From: Dicyema japonicum
Taxonomy: Eukaryota > Animalia > Dicyemida
Direction: 5' to 3'
DNA: 64,000 nt
Assembly: GCA_011109175.1 (NCBI GenBank)
Contig: RDEW01000052.1
Coordinates: 253,346-317,345, forward strand
Shown here: piece after piece, positions 15,097 to 27,084 of the stretch
Numbering within the stretch: position 1 is the stretch's first letter
How the letters are laid out: each line of letters begins with the position of its first letter
Program-made: the position numbers and the translations under genes
Notes under the pieces: model-generated
What the model was told of the DNA's origin: nothing
The model's database searches: none
What the model saw: the letters and a program-made list of their open reading frames with translations, nothing else

Positions 15097-16040
15097 TTAA
15101 TGATTGAATAATCCAATCTGTAATGGATAATAACGTCTTCTTTTATATTTTATTATGTAGGCCACAGCAAATATTACAACAATTCCACCTATTACACAAA
15201 TAGCTATTATATTTTGGTTTTCTAAATTTAACTCAATATTACTGATTGGATGAAACTTTATGGTACTTAAATAACTATGAGTAGTCATTGTCTTTAATTT
15301 TGTCTTTAAAGCAATTGAAGTTAATTTTTTGTTTTTAAATTCTACAAATTTCCTTTTAGAATAGTACTGTTTATATAACTTTGAGTTGTAGTTGTCTTTA
15401 TTTTTGTATTCAAATGGGTTGTTGATTTTAATCTGTTATTTCTATTGAAATCACATCCGAGATCTAAATGTAGGCATTTATGAGTACCATTTCCAGTAAA
15501 TAATGTAAAATTATCTGTTTTTAATATTTGCATTTTCATATCTTTTATTTTTATTTTTCCAAAATTAGAAATACGTAAAACTATTTCTCTGCAGTTATAA
15601 TAACCGTTAGATGAAATGTTTATATTTTCAAGTCCATAACGATTATGAGTGGAAATTCGTGATAATCCCCAAGAAACAGAACATATATTAGTTGATCTTA
15701 AATAATCAACCATTATTGAAAAATATATATCATTTTTCTTCCATTTAAGGATAAAATCAAATCGGCCAAATTTTTCGAAATAAAAAATTGCGTCATTTAA
15801 ATTTTCATATATTATCTTTATTAAATATAATGTGATTACAGTATTATTAATTTTATATTCAATGTCAATTATTCCACTAAACAATGCTACAATCCGATCA
15901 TCCTCTAATGCACCCCACATTGGGACATTATTATACAACTTATTAAAGGTCTTAATATTCTTCATTAGTGATTTATTGGTTACCATACACATATATATTA
16001 CTATTATTAATTTATTTTGTAAACCTAGTAATTGGAGCAT
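15097..16040 (-). CDS. LAMP-fold-like type I membrane glycoprotein, family member 1 (about 274 aa spliced)
   Basis: ATG at 16040. Inferred introns 16001-16024, 15816-15839, 15464-15487, 15342-15367 (joins the two track ORFs in frame) and 15222-15242. Hydrophobic N-terminus, SSNGYYNC...KIKDMKMQILKTDNFTLFTGNDLGCD resembling the LAMP domain C-half, Thr-rich stalk, TM helix and tail RRRYYPL (YxxPhi). Confidence 0.7.
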
Positions 16041-16124
16041 CTTCACAGCAATTATTCTAATTATGAATTTAATTTTAATTTAAAATTATTAAACTTATAA
16101 TTTTTATTTAATACTGTCACATTA

Positions 16125-17207
16125 TAATGCTAATTCTCTGACAAATTCGACAAGAGACTTATCAAGTTGCAAATCTATTATTAAATCTGTTTATTTCAAA
16201 AATACGTATTGTATTCAAGAGAACTAAACAAGAGAGGACCGTAATTTTTTGACAACAAAACAGTGGGGTTTCCTTTTATTTAATACTGTCTCATTATAAT
16301 GCTAATTCTCTGACAAATTCGACAAAAGACTTATCAAGTTGCAAATCTATTATTAAATCTAATTATTTCAAAAATACGTATTGTATTCAAGAGAACTAAA
16401 CAAGAGAAAACCGTAATTTTTTGACAACAAACCAGTGGGGTTTCCACGCGAGAAGAACTGGTGCTCACCATATAAACTAGGAGATTGTGAATGTCATAGA
16501 TACTAGTAGGCAGTTACCCGCTAAGAAACTTTTTATCCGGAAGACAGTCTTTCGTCTAAAAAGGAGGAACAAATAAGAATGAGATTATGTTTATAATAGG
16601 AGTCCAACAAAGATCTGGTTTGATCCCAATTTTATTCGACGTATTCATTGTAAGTTTTTCAATATAAAAAAAATTAATATTGGACTAATTATACATGCCG
16701 ATGACGTCAAAGTTGTCGACACACTCTAAGGGATAAGTTTACGACTATGTTGGTTCAAATGATGGCGCAATATGAAAGGATAAAGCTCTCTGATCACATG
16801 GAAGATTATTTGAAAATGTCAGAGCGATAAAAAAGAGGCTTATCAAGCTCTTCTCAGTGCTCGCAAGTTACCCGTAGATATGAACACTTTACTTTATTTT
16901 CAGTTAATCAATATCGATTTGATTTTCTAAGTGCGAGATGAGACTTTCTTTAAAGAAAGAAAAAATTATATTTCTATTGGAGAAAATGAGAACGACAATA
17001 ATGACAGCAATTGATAGCTTAATGAAGAACTAAATAAGTAATAAAAGAAAAAACTCATTTCTATTCATAGTATAATGCAGGAGAGGATCGATGCCAACAA
17101 AAAGAGGTCAAATATGCAAAACACAAACAAAAAACCAATAGAAATAGCTGGATGGATGGAGGGTCTAGGGAGAAGTGTCAATTCACAAAAAGTAGCTCAA
17201 CATGATT
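16125..17207 (+). repeat. Segmental repeat containing a highly degenerate LINE RT remnant (copy 1 of 3)
   Basis: Repeated at 20293-21207 and 41990-42910. Residual QWGFH, GVQQRSGLIPILF and HADD motifs. Confidence 0.75.
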
Positions 17208-17239
17208 GTCGATTGATCTTTGTGCAATTTCATTTTTTT

Positions 17240-20200
17240 ATGTTGTTATCGTAGTGTCATGTGGCTCACCAGAAATGGTGTCACCCATTCCAAAAAGGAA
17301 CGAAAAGAGCCAACAGCTTTCCTCACCGTCCGGTGGTCCTTTCGACTCCTGTGTCTTCGACCCTATCTGGTGTCCCCATTTGTCGAGACTTATGATTCTC
17401 TCATGTGGTGACGTCGAAACCAATCCTGGTCTATGGAGAGATTTTACAATAATACAACTGAATACGAATGGGATCAGGAAGAAAATCTTTGGCACTCCTC
17501 CGCGAAAATGAGACTGACCTCGCTTTAATACAGGAGTCCAAGCTATCTCTTTCCATAAAACACCCTCTTTTCCCGGATACAAAGTGATCCGTAAAGATCG
17601 TCAGGGAGGACTACTTACTATTTTAAAGAACGATATTCCTTTTATGGATACAACTCAACGAACCTCAGAGCTTCTTGGCATTGACAAGACTTTGGAGCAG
17701 ATTACTGTCAGATCGAGTTATTCCCGTCCTTTTACAAAGTGATCCGTAAAGATCGTCAGGGAGGACTACTTACTATTATAAAGAACGATATTTCTTTTAT
17801 GGATACAACTCAACGAACCTCAGAGCTTCTTGGCATTGACAAGACTTTGGACCAGATTACTGTCAGATCGAGTTATTCCCGTTCTTTTGGATCTATTTGG
17901 TTCATTTATATATTCCTCCACAAAGATCGTTTCCGACATCTTACACCCCTGATTTATGACGCATTTCAACATTGAAAAATCTACAGTTATGTTGGGATCT
18001 TAATGCACGACATCCAGTTTGGCTCAGTTCCCAATCCTATGATAACAAATTATCTTCCTAACCTGATTATACTGAACAACCATAGCTCACATACTAGGAC
18101 CCTATTAAGGATGACTGATAGCTGCACATCCCCCGACTTAACACTATGCTCACCTTCTCTGGCTGGACTCATTTCCTGGAACGTCTTTTATGGCTTCTTA
18201 GTGACCACAATCTAATCCTTCTAAAATTGAGAAGTCTTCAACGATACAGGAGACGGCCGGCGGAATCAAAAAGATTCAAGTATTATACGAAAGTTGACTA
18301 GTCAGGTTTCAGTAACCTTAAGGATAAATTCTTGGCCCGGAGATTATCCTCCCCAATACGCTCTATTGATGATGCTGCAGAAATTATCAGCGCTGCCATT
18401 TAGAAAGATGACCATATTTTTATTCCTATATACAAGAAGTTTATTGCTATCCTCAGCTCTTATAAAATAAGTCTTATAAAACAAAGAGACCGGCTGAAGA
18501 TATGCCATCTGTTGGACTTGATGTTTTTGACAGCCCTCAGACAACTAAATATAAGGATCTGTCAGAGCATAAAAAAACACAACGACATGAGATGGTAGCA
18601 TCTAGTTAACCACTTCGACATTTCTGGAAAACTCTTAAACAAGTCCAGTCGGAGCTGGATGATGCAGACGGAACCGGAAAGTCTTCTCCTGGACACTTAT
18701 GCTACTTACATCCTAACATTCTCACGAAACATTACGCTTGAATTAGCTTCAGACCATTCTCGAAACACCTAGACATTATGGTGCGTGCCCATAAACCGAA
18801 GAAGGAACCTTACCACGAACTATTCTCATATGACCAAGTCTTGGATGTTATCACCAGATTAAAATGCTCACGGGCGTGCGGGCCTGACAAAGTATCTTCT
18901 ATTCATCTAAAACACCTAAGCCACTACGAAATTGGCTACCTCACGCAAATATACAACCTGTCCATTAACTATATATTATTCCCAAGATTTGGAAGAATTC
19001 TATCATCAAACCGATATTGCAGGCTGGGAAACCAGAGACAGAACCTGCCTCCTACAGGCCTATTTCCGTTACCAGCACTGTCAAAAATTATGGAGAAACT
19101 TGTATTATCAGTCTTTTTTCCGTATCTTCCACGTCCTATATTTTAACATGGTTCCCTCCCCAGGCAGGTCCACCGCTACATACTTGGCAACTTTATCGCA
19201 GTTCATTGCCGACGCTTTTAACACCCATCCTCCGCCTCAAAAACGCACAATCTTGGTTTCTATTGACATTAACAAAGCCTTTGACACTGTTTCGAGGAAA
19301 ATCCTGGTTAAAAAAATATTTTTCACTAATATTCGTCCGAATGTGAAATTATGGCTGGCCAACTTTTTGTCTGGAAGACGTGGAAGAGTAGTCAGTGGTG
19401 ATCTCAGATCTAGTCCACGATTACAACCGAATGGGGTACCCCAGGGGTCTCCACTTTCACCAATTCTATTCAACCTATTCCTACACGACCTACCTAATGA
19501 TGGAGACGAAGATTTCCTGCTATTATCCTACGCAGACGATGGAGTTATTGCAATACGGAACCGCTCGACGCAAGTCACATTCTTTAAAACTCAGACAAAA
19601 TTGAACACTCTCCACGATTGGATTGTTGGCAGTCGACTAACGATTTCTGCAACCATGTCTATCTGTTCCACATTCACGTCGGACCGCCGTTCCAAGGATG
19701 AACCGAGTCTTTTCATTGGTCCCACTCGGATTCCAGTGACAAGGTTCCCCACTGAACTTGGAGTCAAGTACTGCAGCCTTCTCAATTTCAACTCCACGCA
19801 ACAGACATGATCACCAGGGGGCTCCAGAAAGTTAACGTTATACGCGCCCTTGTTCGGAGGACCACGAGGAACATGGACTTTTCCGTCTCTACCATCTACC
19901 AACAAACATGGTCCAAAGAATCAACTCGATATACCGGAAAACAATCAGTATGCTTTGCCCATCTAATGATTCAACAGTCGACTCACTACTCATGGAAGCT
20001 AAGATCCGTAGTCGTGGCTCCGGATTTCTTGCATCTGTCAAGAAGATGGAAATCCGCTTCGCCTGATCCTTCCCATGGCAAGAGAAAACCGATTGGATAA
20101 GAAATTCCCCTCCGCGATCGGATTCCTCTGCAAGACCGAGAGAAGGCTCTTCCGGAAAGTAGTGGGGACGAAGGAAGATCACAGACGTCGAATGGCACAA

Positions 20201-20292
20201 GTGATTGCGAAAACTGGGATCACCTAACTGTTTGACTCATTTGTCTTTCTTTCTCGGTGTTCCCGGGGTTATTAAAATAAAATAAAATAAAT
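17240..20292 (+). mobile_element. Vingi/Ingi-like APE-RT LINE with N-terminal 2A-like motif, decayed
   Basis: SCGDVETNPGL followed by APE motifs (IIQLNTNGI, LIQESKL) and RT motifs (PPQKRTILVSIDINKAFDTV, GVPQGSPLSPILF, YADD). Ends GIT* followed by a (TAAAA)n tail. 5' boundary approximate. Confidence 0.85.
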
Positions 20293-21350
20293 AATGCTAA
20301 ATCTCTGACAAAGTCGAAAGAGACTTATCAAGTGCAGATGTATTATTAATTCTGATTATTTCAAAAATACGTCTTGTATTCAAGAGAACTCACAAGATAG
20401 GACTGTAATTTTTTGATAACAAAACAGTGGGTTTTCCACTCGAAAAGAACTTGTGCTTCACCATCTAAACTAGGAGATTGTGAATGTCATAGATAATAGT
20501 AGGTAGTTACCTGCTAAAAAACTTTTTATCCGAGGGACAGTCTTTCGTCTAAAAGGGAAGAACAATATAAAAATGAGATTATGTTTATAATAAGAGTCCA
20601 ACAAAGATCTGGTTTGATCCCAATTTTATTTGACGTATTCATTGTAAGTTTTTCAAAATAAAAAAAATTAATATTGGACTAATTATACATGCCGATGACC
20701 TCAAAGTTGAGGACACACTCATAGGGAAGAGTTTAGAGTATGTTGGTTCAAATGAAAAAATACGAAATATGAAAGGATAAAGCTCTCTTACCACATGGAA
20801 GATTATTTGAAAGATGTCAGAGCGATTAAAAAGAGGCTTATCTAGCTCTGTTCAGTGCTCGCAAGTTACCAGGAGATATGAACACTTTACTTTAAGTTTC
20901 AGTTATTCAATATCGATTTGATTTTCTGAGTGCGAGATGAGACTTTTTTTTAAATAAAGAAAAAATTATATTTCCACTGGAGAAATTGAGAACTACAATA
21001 ACGACAGCAATTGATAACTTAATGAAGAACTAAATAAGTAACAAGATAAAAAACTCATTTCTATTCATAGTATAATGCAGGAGAGGATCGATGCCAACAA
21101 AAAGAGGTCAAATATGCAAAACACATACAAAGAACCAATAGAACTAGCTGGATGGATGGAGGGTCTTTGGAGAAGTGTCAATTCACAAAAAGTAGCTCAA
21201 TATGATTTCCTTTTATAACTACAAAATTTATTATAATAAAGTTATTTATAGCTCTTCTTAATGGCGAAAGTAGAATGGTAGAGTTGTAGATTTATTTCTA
21301 TTGTATGGAAATCAATGTTTTTCATAATGTGAACTCTTGTTTTTTTTCTT
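20293..21350 (+). repeat. More diverged copy of the 16.1-17.2 kb segmental repeat; continues at 23970-24240
   Basis: Colinear with 41990-43310 and split by the LINE at 21365-23965. Confidence 0.8.
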
Positions 21351-21364
21351 CTTTTGTAAATGTA

Positions 21365-23965
21365 TTATTATTACCCACATGATCACTGGGTTAAAGAGAA
21401 ATAAATAAAAGTTTTCATCTAACTAAGTGATCCCAGATCGACAAAGGTAAGGACGAGTCCGGCGGGGTCGAGAATCCTGAACAGCGATTCTCATTGGACA
21501 TGGCATCGGCTCAAAATTTCTGTTAAATTGTAGATAATTCAATAGTATTTGGAATAGAGGGCAGCTCGATAGAATAGCCTCCTTTAATAGTTTCCGTTGT
21601 AGTTCGATTAAAAAATTTTCAATGGGTTGGATATTGTGATCTGGTCTAATTAACTTTATTGCAGTTTTCTCTTTTGCAAATAATTTCAATAAAGAATATC
21701 GTGACATTTACATTGCCCATGAAGGACTTGCATACGTCATCGTTGGTCGGATAAATTGTGTGTAAATCTAGTCAAGGACATTAGTTTGATCTCTAAGTGT
21801 TTTTGAGAGCACTTTTAAAATTCTCATTTTTTTCAGAGCAGAAGTTACTTTGTTTTCAACATGCCGGATAAAGGTGAGTCCCTGATCAAAGGTTACTCCT
21901 AGAATCTTCGGTGTTTTGTTAATAGAGATAGCTTCGTTCTTCATAAAGACTTTTGGTTCGATACAGAGCTGTCTCTTGTAGATGGTAAACAGTGTGACAA
22001 AAGACTTTGCTGCTGATGTGTCGATTCTCCGCTTCGTGAGCCATAGTTCCAAGTTGTCGAGCATTGTTGAGCCAACTGAGTCGCTGATTGAATGCTTCTG
22101 TTCTTGGAAGCAATAATGATATCGTCGGCATAAGAGAGGATTAGACAGTTTTCATTACAAGTTTGTGGTATGTCGTTTTTATAGAGATTGAAGAGTTGGG
22201 GTAATAGTGGGAAGCCTTGAGGGATTCCATTTAAGAAATAGCGAGATCTTGATTTGATGTTGTTGCAGAGTAATTGTGCTCGTCTTTTATTTAGGAAGTT
22301 TCCAAGCCAAAGTTTCAGGTTCGGATGGATGTTGGTTTCGTATATTTTCTCTGTTAGGAGTTCCTTAGGGACTGAGTCGAACGCTTTTGTGATGTCCACG
22401 GATATAGTACTGTCCTCTGATGGGGTTCGGGGGAGTTAAATCCTTAATAATAATAATAATAATAACAGCCTAATATCACGGAGCCGTGGTATTAGCTCCG
22501 CATAGGCAGGACACACACTTTATTTAAGTAAAGAACAGTTAATTTTAACTAATCGTAGAACCAAGGAATGATCTTCACTTCTTTTTTTTCTTTTTCTTGT
22601 GTGAGTGTTCTTTCTAGACAATCCAGTTCCGCAGTGAGTATTCACTGATGACGGCGTCACTCGTCAAACGCTTTCCGCATCGTAGATGCGTGGAACCTTC
22701 CACCAGGTGAACAGCAGCGAGATTCGAACCCGTAGCCTAAGCCACTTGAGCCCGACACCTAACCACTAAGCCACCCGGCTGGTTGTCCCGGAATCAAATT
22801 TTTTCAGGAATACTTGGTGTTTTTTTGAAAACTTCCTGTAGGATATAGATGTGTAATATTTAATCAGAGTGTCTGGTTTTATGTAGACTTCGATTTTTCT
22901 CTCGGAGTTAAATCCTTCTGCAATGAATTGTGTGAGGGTTGTAAGGTGTGTTGTTGTCGAATGGTTGTCCCGGAATCCATGTTGTTCGGGATTGAGATTG
23001 AGTCTTGTATTTTTTCCAAAACAAGTTTTTCAAAGATCCTTGAGACCGGACTTAGAATAGATATTGGGCGATAGGAAGATGGTTCATCTATTGGTTTGTT
23101 GGGTTTTCGGATAGGTCTGATTAGAGACTTCTTCTATATTTCAGGGATTGTATTTGTGTAAATGGATAGGTTGAAGATATAGGCTAATAGCTCCAGGGCT
23201 CGATGGCCTAGGTGCTTCAGTTCACATGTGGTTATGTTGTCTGGTCCTTTGGCCTCTGAGTTGTTGGCCTTAGATATGGCTCTGCGAACATCCTGACTAG
23301 TAAATAGGATCCAGTCATCGGAGCGTTTCGGTTCATTTTTTTTCAGGAATACTTGGTGTTTTTTTGAAAACTTCCTGTAGGATATAGATGTGTAATATTT
23401 AATCAGAGTGTCTGGTTTTATGTAGACTTCGATTTTTCTCTCGGGAGGATTTTTTGATGTTTTTGATCTACTTCCACAGTCTTTGTAGAGAGCTTTTGAT
23501 AGCCTCGTCCATCTATTTGCATTTTCTGTCTTTAAGTTATTGTCGATCTCTCTGTTCAATTCTCGTATTTTTTTGATGTTCTCTTCTGTTGGCGATTTTA
23601 CCATCTTTAGATTATTTCGTTCTCTGATCAGATGTTTCGTCGTTGTGTTAAAACGTTTTGATAACGTTGCTTGTCTCCCCATAGCAATTTACTTTTTTTC
23701 GCATCGTTTATAATGGAGTTGAACCATTTCACTAATTGTTCGACGGAGGGAAAAGTGGGGAAATTTAATAGTCCAATACAGTTATTGACGTATTCCTTGA
23801 ATCCTTTCCAATTCGCAAGGCTGTAGTTAGTTATGTTGGCCATTGTCCTTTTATCGTGACCTTGTTTTTTGACCTCCAAAAATATTGGGTTGTGATCACT
23901 CCTGGTGTCATACTTCACTGACCAGTCAATAAGTGGGGCCAAGGATGATGATGACAATGAGATGT
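21365..23965 (-). mobile_element. Second Vingi/Ingi-like LINE family, 5'-truncated
   Basis: SDHNPI (APE end), AKGPDNI, DITKAFDSV, GIPQG, SYADDI and KILGVTFD. Ends SGIT* with a (TAA)n tail. Confidence 0.85.
22446..22780 (-). mobile_element. tRNA-derived SINE (about 335 bp)
   Basis: Minus strand has A box TGGCTTAGTGG, B box GGTTCGAATC, a 3' stem-loop and a (TTA)n tail. A 14-bp duplication GGAGTTAAATCCTT lies at 22432-22445 and 22904-22917. No valid tRNA cloverleaf. Confidence 0.8.
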
Positions 23966-25381
23966 CGATAGAATTAATGAACTTTTATTATCACATAGAT
24001 AAAAAAAAGTTAATATGTAGGTCAGCCATCATACGAAAGACTGCTATTCTACATTATATATTAACTCTTATAGGTATCAACGATTTCTCATGATCTTTAT
24101 TTAACTTTGAGTCGGACCTCATCTGTAGGTAAATCTTATAGTTGAATTCTTTGTTATTCCAGCCTGGAAATAATTTTATGTTTTATATATCGAAATTATT
24201 CTTTGGCCTTAAAGTGGTATGTTGATTAATCTTTATGTAATTTTTTTATATCGATTGCAGGGACTCTACATTCTCACATTGCGAGTTTATTATTGATATC
24301 GTAAACTATAACGTTAGATCTAGTGTCTGGAGATAATGTTTTGGAAAGTTGGATTACTATTGTACATATTTTTATCTTCCAACCATTTTTTTTTATTCAA
24401 TTATTCTAATAGACAATCAAGTTGTTATTATGTACACTGAGTCTTTCTTACTAAAAAAATGCAGTAGAATAAACGTTTGTCAGTAGTTCTTTTAAAAAAA
24501 TAGTAGATGATTAGTATCATAGTCGTTGTTATCAAATCAGTTTTTTAAATACCAAGTGAAACAAATGACCCCATCAACGCACTTAATGTCATATCTTAGA
24601 ATAACATACCGTTCTCTTAATTGCCATAATTATATTTAGATAATATTTTATCGTGTGTATACACGACATAATGGACTCAGGAGACATTATATATGAGCTG
24701 TTTGTAACGAAAAAGCGATGATACTCTACACTGTAAGTTCGACACAAAATTCAGAGAACTTTGACATTTATACCCAGAGTAGGGAGAAAGGAATTATTAG
24801 TTTTATTACTAAATCTTAAACTTTATTAATAATTGTTAGATTTGTGCTCTAAAATACCTCAGCACCACGTTTCCTTTATTTAATCTCATGCGTATGATTT
24901 AATTATTGCAATAGAAAATCGTTCTGCATTTTAATCAGCTGCCATCGTTCATCTGAAAGTGAAAAAGTACACGACTGATAAATATCAAACTATCTTATAA
25001 TTCCTCCCCAAGTCAAAATGCACGTTGATCGGAGAAGTAATGGGGGACAAAAAAATTTTGATTGGATACCTTTTTCATGTAAGATTTCCAATTTGTAAAA
25101 AAGTCAGCTTGCTAGATCAAAAGACCAAATGTCTATAATAATGTTAATATTAAGAAAATTTTAAATTAAATAATTTATATTTTTTATTAACTTTTTGTAT
25201 TTTTTCCAAAACAAGCTTTTCAAGGAGTTTTTTAAACCTTTTTTTATTATTATTATTTTTTTAGAAAAAAATAACAATTATTTAACAGAAAAGCAATTGC
25301 TAGTTGAGGAAGCCGGCTGCATGGATCGAGAACGAGTTTCCTCGGAGTATGGCCAATCCAATCTTTTGTCTCAGTCATAAC

Positions 25382-27065
25382 TAGGGCAAGTTGTTTCTAG
25401 CACTTAAAAAAATTTTAGCGCTTAAAAATCATAAAATCTAGTAATTATAATTAAAAAAGTTAGCACTTAAAATGAAAAAATCTAGCATTTAAAATAGTAA
25501 AATCTATAACTTTAAATAATAAAATCAAACATTTAAATTTTATTTATTGTAATATAATAGAAGTTAATGCTTGATATTGTCTGGATGGAAGTTCCTATCC
25601 TTTTTTTTTAAATTTTTTTAGCATTTTAATAGCTCTTTCAACAGATGCATAGGATGCCTGACAGCGTGAAAGAGAAAAATAATCTTGTTGGCTAATTTTT
25701 GGATCAGTCATTTCAATAATAAGTTTAAATCCTTTTTCCTCCATTCTTTTATTTATATAATTTTTGATATTTGCCTTGTCATTATCAAAATGTAGTCCTT
25801 GCATAATAGTAATCTTCCATGATTTGATTGCAAGGAATCATTTCGTCCATTCTCAGAACATGTCTGATAAGTCGCCAGCATGAGGTAATTACTTCTCTGC
25901 TTATCGGTTTGCATTTACATAATTTGTAGAGAGTGTCTTTTTTGATAATCTGTGGCCATTTAATTCCCTCATTTTTTTCACAATTAATTTCTATGAAATG
26001 TGTCTAGTCAGTCACGGTCCGTTTTTAATGTTCCTCATGTTCCAGAGTTATATAATAGGACTGGTTGTATGAACGCGCTATATAAGCGCATCCGAAGATT
26101 TATGGAGATAAGTTTTCTGCGAGTCCAAATACTCCACATCTTTTCAGTGCACACGATCCCAACATCTTTCTGCGAGTAATATCCTCAGCATCACCCAAAA
26201 ATGAGCCGAGCCTTTTTAATAAACTTCCATTTCTCATCGAACCGCTGAATCGAAGTTAACTCCGCTTTTCTGAATTGATCTTCAAAGACCACCTCTCCAG
26301 AACTGTTGTGGCTTTATCTATTACAGTTCTTAGTACCACCACATCCTCAGATATAAAATCGATGTCATCAGCATACATTAATTCAACAAAATGATTATTT
26401 AAGTGAACTAATTCTTTCCTAACGTCCCTCAACGCAGCTTCCAAATAGATTGCAAGGAGAATTGGCGAAAGCGAGTCCCTTTGCAGAATACCAATACCGG
26501 TCGTGAATTTTTCCGAATAGCCTTTCCCCACTTTCACTATGAGGCTCGTGTCAGCCAGCAAAAACGCACAATTATCAAACAGTCCGCATCAATTATGTCC
26601 TTGAGAACATGCAATAGTTTATCTCGGCAGAAACAGTAGAATGCTTTTGATTAGCCGACACTCAGAGTATATATTGTTTTTCTGTACTTCTGACATATTG
26701 CCGTCAGCTACCGATGACTCCATACTATATCAGCAGTTGATTTTCCTGGTCTGAATCCGCTTTGACTTGGTGACAAGTATTGGTCAACTGTTGTAATCGA
26801 CAATGTATTTCGCCAAAGTGGTCAAAAGCACGATCGGTTTGAAATTTTCGATTGGACCTGCAGGTTTCGGAATCCGTAAACACATTATTAACTGCAAATT
26901 AAATTAGCATTTAAACAAAAATTAGCATTTAAAATTAAAAATAGCACTTATAACATTTATAATGTATGTTTTTTAACAAAATTAAAAAATAATTATTCCA
27001 AATTCAATTGTATATTTAAAAAAGTATAAAAAATAAAATAGCATTTTAGCACTTGAATTGCCCTA
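25382..27065 (-). mobile_element. Non-autonomous hAT transposon
   Basis: TIRs TAGGGCAA/TTGCCCTA and a perfect 8-bp TSD GTCATAAC (25374-25381, 27066-27073). Subterminal TAGCACTTAA repeats. hATC-like remnant ASYASVERAIKMLK at 25595-25804. Confidence 0.88.
25830..26880 (-). mobile_element. RTE-like LINE RT fragment inserted in the hAT element
   Basis: GILQRDSLSPILL and MYADDIDF motifs, plus a QSGFRPG-like motif near 26750. Confidence 0.8.
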
Positions 27066-27084
27066 GTCATAACCCTTCTCGTTG

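Noticed and set aside
15342-15344. Stop-codon readthrough or alternative genetic code in the LAMP-like gene
   Set aside because: The downstream ORF is in another frame. A 26-nt GT-AG intron explains it, and the spliced kinase and MARVEL-like genes need no stop reassignment.
16296-21207. LTR pair flanking the 17.2-20.3 kb element
   Set aside because: The 900-bp repeats carry degenerate RT motifs, lack TG..CA ends, and extend beyond the element in other copies. They are segmental repeats.
22640-22672. Hammerhead ribozyme (CTGATGA core)
   Set aside because: No GAAA after stem II, no convincing stems I or III, and it is antisense to the SINE.
22710-22780. tRNA gene
   Set aside because: A and B boxes are present, but acceptor and anticodon stems do not form. 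It continues into a body, tail and TSD, so it is a SINE.
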